Below, piece by piece: positions 59,084 through 64,000 of a stretch of 64,000 bases of DNA (positions are counted from its first letter, which is position 1; each line of letters starts with the position of its first letter). The translations under genes and the position numbers were made by a program. This stretch comes from Candidatus Latescibacterota bacterium (GTDB lineage Bacteria; Latescibacterota; UBA2968; UBA8231): positions 2,880,001 to 2,944,000 of the forward strand of contig OZ241362.1 of the NCBI GenBank assembly GCA_965200315.1, read 5' to 3'. The notes below the pieces were generated by a model that had not been told where the DNA came from, did no database searches, and worked only from the letters and a program-made list of their open reading frames with translations.

Positions 59084-60157
59084 ATGGTTCTGCGCTCGCT
59101 TTGTGTTGCAATCGTCCTTTGCGCTTCCGATCTGTGGGGCGCGGCGATCAATGGTTATGTACTCAACCCCTTCACCCAAACGCGAATTCCGGGCATTCCC
59201 GTGGCCTTCTACGTCCACCAAGACGGACAAATCCTCGAGATGCTGCGCAAGGAGACCGACGCCGAGGGGCGCTTCTCTTTTGCCGGCCCTTTTCTACAGA
59301 GCGGACTCCTCTTCGGGCTAGCGGCCTTCTACGACGACATCCCCTACTTTTCTTCGACTCTTAAGGCCGGGGCGCAACAACAGGTCATCCTCGAAGTGTA
59401 CGAAAAAACCGATGACCCCTCCGGAATCCGCATCGGTACTCATCACCTCTTTTTCACGCTGCGCGAGAATGCGATTGAGTGCATCCAGCTCCTGCAAATT
59501 CACAACACCCGCGAGCGCACGTACGCAGGCCGTGGTGACGGACGCGAGCGGCAAGTGACCGAATTGGCCTTGCCAACGGGTATCTTCAATCTCCAAAGCC
59601 ACTCGGGGTTGCTCCACCAAGCCGGAGAAGGTCGTTTCTTCGACAACCAGCCCCTGCCTCCGGGCCGGTCGCAACGGAGTTTTTCTCTTAATCTCGACGT
59701 ACGCAAATTCGCCAGTCCCTATGTGCATCAGGTGATATATCCGACCGACCGCTTGGAGATTTTTCTCGACCCACCTTCCACGGAGATCAAACCGCCTTTT
59801 ATCGATCTAGGTATCGTTGAACAGCACGGACGCCAGTACCGGAAAGTGGCCATGGAAAACCTACAGCCAAGTCAGCAGGTGGCAATCCCCTTGCCTCTCG
59901 CTCCCTCGCTGCGTTGGTCGCTCAAATGGGCTGCGCTGGCCGGCTCATTCCTCGCCGGTGGGGTCGCGCTGGCATTGAGCCGCCAATACCCAAACACTGA
60001 TCGTATGAACGCAGAGGAACGGCGGCAGCATCTGATTGAGGAACTCGCTCGGCTCGACGACTCTCTTGCCGGTTTGCCCGAAGATCCGCATTACCTAGAC
60101 CAGCGGGCGCACCTGATGCGCGCGGCTGTTGCCCTGACTCAAGCACTTGAAGTGTGA
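59084..60157 (+). CDS. Secreted/membrane beta-sandwich protein within the ccm operon
   Basis: Signal peptide, TDAEGRFSF, C-terminal TM, LARLDD..Y..QR helix. Confidence 0.7.
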   Translation: MVLRSLCVAIVLCASDLWGAAINGYVLNPFTQTRIPGIPVAFYVHQDGQILEMLRKETDAEGRFSFAGPFLQSGLLFGLAAFYDDIPYFSSTLKAGAQQQVILEVYEKTDDPSGIRIGTHHLFFTLRENAIECIQLLQIHNTRERTYAGRGDGRERQVTELALPTGIFNLQSHSGLLHQAGEGRFFDNQPLPPGRSQRSFSLNLDVRKFASPYVHQVIYPTDRLEIFLDPPSTEIKPPFIDLGIVEQHGRQYRKVAMENLQPSQQVAIPLPLAPSLRWSLKWAALAGSFLAGGVALALSRQYPNTDRMNAEERRQHLIEELARLDDSLAGLPEDPHYLDQRAHLMRAAVALTQALEV

Positions 60158-60870
60158 TGAGTGGAGACGATGCAATCGTCCTAGCGGGCGTGGCCAAGCG
60201 CTTTGGTGACCACACAGCCCTGCATCCCATCGATCTAGTCATCCCGCACGGGCAAGCGGCGCTGCTCGTTGGTGCCAATGGCGCAGGCAAGAGTACTCTG
60301 CTGAGGCTAATGGCCGGCCTTTGCCGACCTTCGGCAGGGAGAGTGAAGATCAGCGGTCGCGATCCTCAACGCATCCCCGAGGCGCGGGCAGAAATCGGCC
60401 TGCTTTCGCATCAGACCTTGCTCTACGACGAACTGACGGCGCGGGAGAACTTGCGCTTCTTCGCCCAACTCTATGGACTAGACGACCCCGACCAACGGCT
60501 CGCTGCGGCCTTAGCGGCTGTTGGTCTGAACGAGCGGCCCGACCAGCGCGTAGGTTCGTTCTCCCGCGGTATGAAGCAGCGGCTGGCCATTGCCCGTGCC
60601 ATCCTGCATGGTCCTTCTATTCTCTTGCTTGACGAACCGTTTACCGGCCTCGACACCAGTGCCAGCGCCGCTTTGCACCGCCTCGTGCGCCGCCTTCGGC
60701 AAGAGGGGCGCACCTGCATCTTGGTAACGCATCGCCTCAATGAGGCCGAGGGCCTAGTGGATCGTCTGCTGGTAATCGAACGCGGTCAATGGCGCTTGGA
60801 CCAAGTCCTGACGGAAGATTCTAACCAACTGCGCAGGATCTGTGCGCCCTATCTCGACGTTGACTCATGA
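60157..60870 (+). CDS. ccmA: Heme ABC exporter ATPase
   Basis: GANGAGKS, FSRGMKQR, LLLDEP; ccm context. Confidence 0.9.
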   Translation: MSGDDAIVLAGVAKRFGDHTALHPIDLVIPHGQAALLVGANGAGKSTLLRLMAGLCRPSAGRVKISGRDPQRIPEARAEIGLLSHQTLLYDELTARENLRFFAQLYGLDDPDQRLAAALAAVGLNERPDQRVGSFSRGMKQRLAIARAILHGPSILLLDEPFTGLDTSASAALHRLVRRLRQEGRTCILVTHRLNEAEGLVDRLLVIERGQWRLDQVLTEDSNQLRRICAPYLDVDS

Positions 60871-61544
60871 GCTTTTTAGGGCGTACGCTGGCGATACTGC
60901 GCAAAGATCTGAAGGCCGAGTGGCGCACTAAGGCACGTCTCAGTCCGATGGTCTTCTTTATACTGTTGATGTTGCTGGTGTTCAACTTTTCCTTCGATTT
61001 AGGCGGGGCCGCCCTACACGAGATTGGGCCTGGCACGCTCTGGTCGTCCTATGTCTTCGCCAGCCTGCTGAGTCTGAGCCGCTCTTTTACTGATGAACGC
61101 GACAACGACGCGCTCGACGCGCTGCTGTTAGCGCCGGGCGACCGCGGGGCCATCTACCTAGGTAAAATGCTGGGCAATTTTGTTTTTCTTTTGGCAATCG
61201 AACTCCTAAGTTTGCCCTTTTTTGCTCTCTTTTTTAACCTATCTCTAGGCTTTTTCTTGCTCCCTCTGCTGGCTGTCTTCGTCTTGGGATCAGCTTGCAT
61301 GGCGTCGGCGGGTACGCTCTTTGCGGCATTGTCGAACAACATGCGTTTGCGCGAACTAATGCTGCCCCTTTTGCTTTTGCCCATGACCTTGCCGGCGTTG
61401 ATTTCCTGCGTAGAGGCGACGGGGTTAGTGCTGGCCAATGACTGTTGCGAAAAGCTCTTCCCGCACCTGCAAATGCTGGGAGTGTACGCGGTAGTTTTCA
61501 CAGTGCTCTCGCTAATGCTATTTGAATACGCGATCGAGGAATGA
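60867..61544 (+). CDS. ccmB: Heme exporter protein B
   Basis: KDLKAEWR, IYLGK..N, RELMLPLLLLP. Confidence 0.92.
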   Translation: MSFLGRTLAILRKDLKAEWRTKARLSPMVFFILLMLLVFNFSFDLGGAALHEIGPGTLWSSYVFASLLSLSRSFTDERDNDALDALLLAPGDRGAIYLGKMLGNFVFLLAIELLSLPFFALFFNLSLGFFLLPLLAVFVLGSACMASAGTLFAALSNNMRLRELMLPLLLLPMTLPALISCVEATGLVLANDCCEKLFPHLQMLGVYAVVFTVLSLMLFEYAIEE

Positions 61545-62212
61545 TGCGTTCGGTCCCTTTCTCCTGTTTGATTTTCGTGGTCATGCTCGTCGCCTTGGGC
61601 GCGATTTTTTTTTGGGTCCCCACGGAAAAAGAAATGGGAATCGTCCAGCGAATCTTCTACTTTCACGTACCGGCTGCATTCTCTTCGTTTCTGGCCTTTT
61701 TTCTCGTATTCGTCGGCAGTGTACAGTATCTGCGCACTCGCGAGGACAAGTGGGATCGCCTAGCGCTATGCTCCGCCGAGTTGGGCGTGATCTTTGCGTT
61801 GATCGTGCTGATCACGGGGCCCTTGTGGGCCAAACCCGTCTGGGGGGTTTACTGGCGCTGGGAGCCGCGCCTGACCTCCATGCTGATTACTTTCACTATC
61901 TACGTGGCCTACCTAATGGTGCGGGGATATGGGGCCAACTCCACTCCGGTACAGCGCATCAGTGCTGTACTGGGTATTCTCGCCTTCGCCAACGTTCCTT
62001 TGGTGTACTATGCTGTCGATCTGTGGGCCGCTGACCAACAACTACACCCGCCGCGCAACGTAGAACTTGAGCCGACGATGCAATACACCAAGTGGATCTG
62101 CTACGCGGCTTTCTTCCTGCTGCTTTTTCGCCTCATAGCGCAACGCATGGAGCTAGCCCGCATTGAAAAAGCCGTGGCGCTCCTGCGGCAAAAACTAATT
62201 GACGAAACGTAA
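61541..62212 (+). CDS. ccmC: Heme exporter protein C
   Basis: RIFYFHVP, WAKPVWGVYWRWEPRLT, HP. Confidence 0.92.
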   Translation: MMRSVPFSCLIFVVMLVALGAIFFWVPTEKEMGIVQRIFYFHVPAAFSSFLAFFLVFVGSVQYLRTREDKWDRLALCSAELGVIFALIVLITGPLWAKPVWGVYWRWEPRLTSMLITFTIYVAYLMVRGYGANSTPVQRISAVLGILAFANVPLVYYAVDLWAADQQLHPPRNVELEPTMQYTKWICYAAFFLLLFRLIAQRMELARIEKAVALLRQKLIDET

Positions 62213-62218
62213 GGGACC

Positions 62219-62380
62219 ATGGACAATCTCCACTATTTATTTGCTGCCTTCGCAGCCGTATGGATCGTGCTTTTTGCCTATTTGACGCACCTAAACCGGC
62301 GCACTGGGGAACTGGGTCGCCAGCTTGCAGAACTTGAGTTGAAGCTAAAAAACAAAGAGGGTGATTTGCCGGATGAGTAA
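62219..62380 (+). CDS. ccmD: CcmD family small membrane protein (absent from the ORF track)
   Basis: MDNLHYLFAAFAAVWIVLFAYL..., 53 aa, TM plus charged coil, directly after ccmC. Confidence 0.85.
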   Translation: MDNLHYLFAAFAAVWIVLFAYLTHLNRRTGELGRQLAELELKLKNKEGDLPDE

Positions 62381-62394
62381 GAGACGCGAGCCAG

Positions 62395-62424
62395 TTGACA
62401 CCCGCTTTTACGTCGTATTATATT
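62395..62424 (+). promoter_or_regulatory. Putative sigma70 promoter
   Basis: TTGACA-N18-TATATT upstream of the DUF151 pair. Confidence 0.55.
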
Positions 62425-62469
62425 TCACACGTCTATTGGTAAACGCCTATTAAATTGTAGTGTACCGCT

Positions 62470-63087
62470 ATGGTTCTGATGGAAGTCAAGGGAGTCTTAA
62501 GCAGCAAATCTCTATCTTTATACCCTGAAGTGGTACTCAAAGAAGTCGAAGGCAACTATTATCTGCACATTGTCATCGGCCGCTTTGAGGCGGCAGCCAT
62601 TTCCGCAGCCCACAGCAATCGTCAACCTGCCCGCCCCATCAGCTACGATCTGGCCCATCAGATTCTCGCCCACGTTGACGCCCGGGTAGTCCGGGTCGAA
62701 ATTACGGATTTTAACCCACACGAAGAAACGTACTACGCTGAGATTCACCTCGTCGACGACGAGGGCAAAATTCATACATTCGACGCACGTCCCAGCGATG
62801 CAATTGCCCTAGCCTTGCGCTTTGGCACACCGATCTACGCTGCCGTCAAGGTACTCAAAGAAGTAGGATGCGTTCGTTCTGACGACGATGAATGGGTTAC
62901 GGCTGAAGTTAATGCCATCACCAAATCCGTAGCCACTCCGCGGGAAGAGCACCCTACCATCGCCACGTCAGCCGTCAATCAGCTAGAACAACTCAAAAGA
63001 CGTATGGACCAAGCGGTTGCCGAAGAAATGTACGAGGAGGCGGCGCGGCTTCGCGACGAGATTAGTCGTCTCAATAGGGATGACTAA
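62470..63087 (+). CDS. Bifunctional nuclease (DUF151) + UVR domain protein
   Basis: IG.FEA.AI, RP.SYDL, DARPSDAIALALR, EEMYEEAARLRDEI. Confidence 0.9.
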   Translation: MVLMEVKGVLSSKSLSLYPEVVLKEVEGNYYLHIVIGRFEAAAISAAHSNRQPARPISYDLAHQILAHVDARVVRVEITDFNPHEETYYAEIHLVDDEGKIHTFDARPSDAIALALRFGTPIYAAVKVLKEVGCVRSDDDEWVTAEVNAITKSVATPREEHPTIATSAVNQLEQLKRRMDQAVAEEMYEEAARLRDEISRLNRDD

Positions 63088-63782
63088 TGAGTACTACCTC
63101 TTTGGTCGAGATGACCGTGGTCAAGGTTAGCCCCTACTTGCGCGAGGACAGGCCCTTGGTATGGTTGAGCGAGAAGAACGGTAAACTCCCGCGGCTCCTG
63201 CCCATTCCCATTGGCGAATTTGAAGCGGCTGCCATTCGGATGCGGTTGGAAAACGATGGACCTGCACGCCCAATCTCTTACGACTTGCTCACTTCTATGG
63301 TCAACTCCCTTGCGATACGCGTACGCCAAGTTGTCATCCACAACGCACGCCGATCTATTTACTACGCGAGAGTCGTTATTGAGAAGAATCACACGATAAA
63401 AGACATCGACGCACGTCCCAGCGATGCCATCGCTTTGGCCTTGCGCACAGGTTCGCCAATCTACATTGTTCCTGCGTTGCTCGACGAGGTGGGCTTGGAG
63501 CCTTTGGAAACCGACTTGGACGTTGAACACACCCTGAACCGCTTCTACGAGTTTGAAGCGCAGATTTCCACGTCGCTCAATGCAGAAGCTGATTCGGCCA
63601 AGGTTCGCTCACGGAATCGGAATGCCGAAGAGGCCGACGCGCAACGCTCGCCTAAGCAAGAGAAAGACGAGCTCAGCCTGCTTCAGCATCGGCTACAGCA
63701 GGCCGTTATCTGCGAAGAATACGAAGAAGCTGCTCGGCTACGCGACGCCATCGAATCGCTAGTTAAAAAAACCAAGCGTTGA
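63087..63782 (+). CDS. Bifunctional nuclease (DUF151) + UVR domain protein, paralog 2
   Basis: LPIPIGEFEA, DARPSDAIALALR, EEYEEAARLRD. Confidence 0.9.
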   Translation: MSTTSLVEMTVVKVSPYLREDRPLVWLSEKNGKLPRLLPIPIGEFEAAAIRMRLENDGPARPISYDLLTSMVNSLAIRVRQVVIHNARRSIYYARVVIEKNHTIKDIDARPSDAIALALRTGSPIYIVPALLDEVGLEPLETDLDVEHTLNRFYEFEAQISTSLNAEADSAKVRSRNRNAEEADAQRSPKQEKDELSLLQHRLQQAVICEEYEEAARLRDAIESLVKKTKR

Positions 63783-63844
63783 ATCCCAATCCGGGTAGAC
63801 GCAGATGCAACACCTACCAAGTAACTGAAGTTGCCCAAGACACA

Positions 63845-64000
63845 ATGGCCCTACAACTATTTGGTTGTCTCGCCCTGCTCCTCGGCTGCAATAGCGAAGA
63901 CATAGACCAACGCTTCTCACACCCGGCCCAGACCTTCCAGACCTATAAGTATGCGCTAGAAAACAACAACTTTGACCTGCTTTGGGAGTGCTTCAGTTCT
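63845..64000 (+). CDS. Putative lipoprotein, runs off the window
   Basis: MALQLFGCLALLLGC lipobox, open to the window end. Confidence 0.55.
   Translation, partial: MALQLFGCLALLLGCNSEDIDQRFSHPAQTFQTYKYALENNNFDLLWECFSS

Overview
A GC-rich (~60%) bacterial chromosome segment. The gene repertoire (many FlgD/CTD-tailed secreted proteins, DUF6785-type transporter, PhyH dioxygenases, sulfatase, Gfo/Idh/MocA) suggests an FCB-group organism such as Latescibacterota/Handelsmanbacteria; this is inference only. Layout: (1-21.3 kb) metabolic and housekeeping genes with IS and pseudogene debris; (21.3-39.7 kb) a mosaic accessory region of secreted proteins and gene fragments ending at the 3' end of tRNA-Sec; (39.7-47.1 kb) ispE-tRNA-Gln-rplY-pth-hppA-rpsF-DUF2232-rplI; (47.2-55.1 kb) giant TPR protein, sigma54-type activator, DegP, Xaa-Pro peptidase; (55.2-62.4 kb) a ccm operon preceded by a perfect 5x125-bp tandem array; then two DUF151-UVR nucleases. 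Best leads: (a) a CRISPR Csx1-type (TIGR02221-like) CARF-HEPN RNase segment spliced in frame into an SGNH-TPR protein, with no cas genes in the window; (b) an MntR/DtxR regulator whose UGA stop is followed in frame by NFC, giving a possible selenocysteine UxxC tail in a genome carrying tRNA-Sec; (c) repeated short ectopic copies of distant sequence, suggesting a templated-insertion process; (d) the ccmE leader array, which creates translationally coupled 42-aa peptides and a new Shine-Dalgarno. All family calls come from motif recognition, not database searches.
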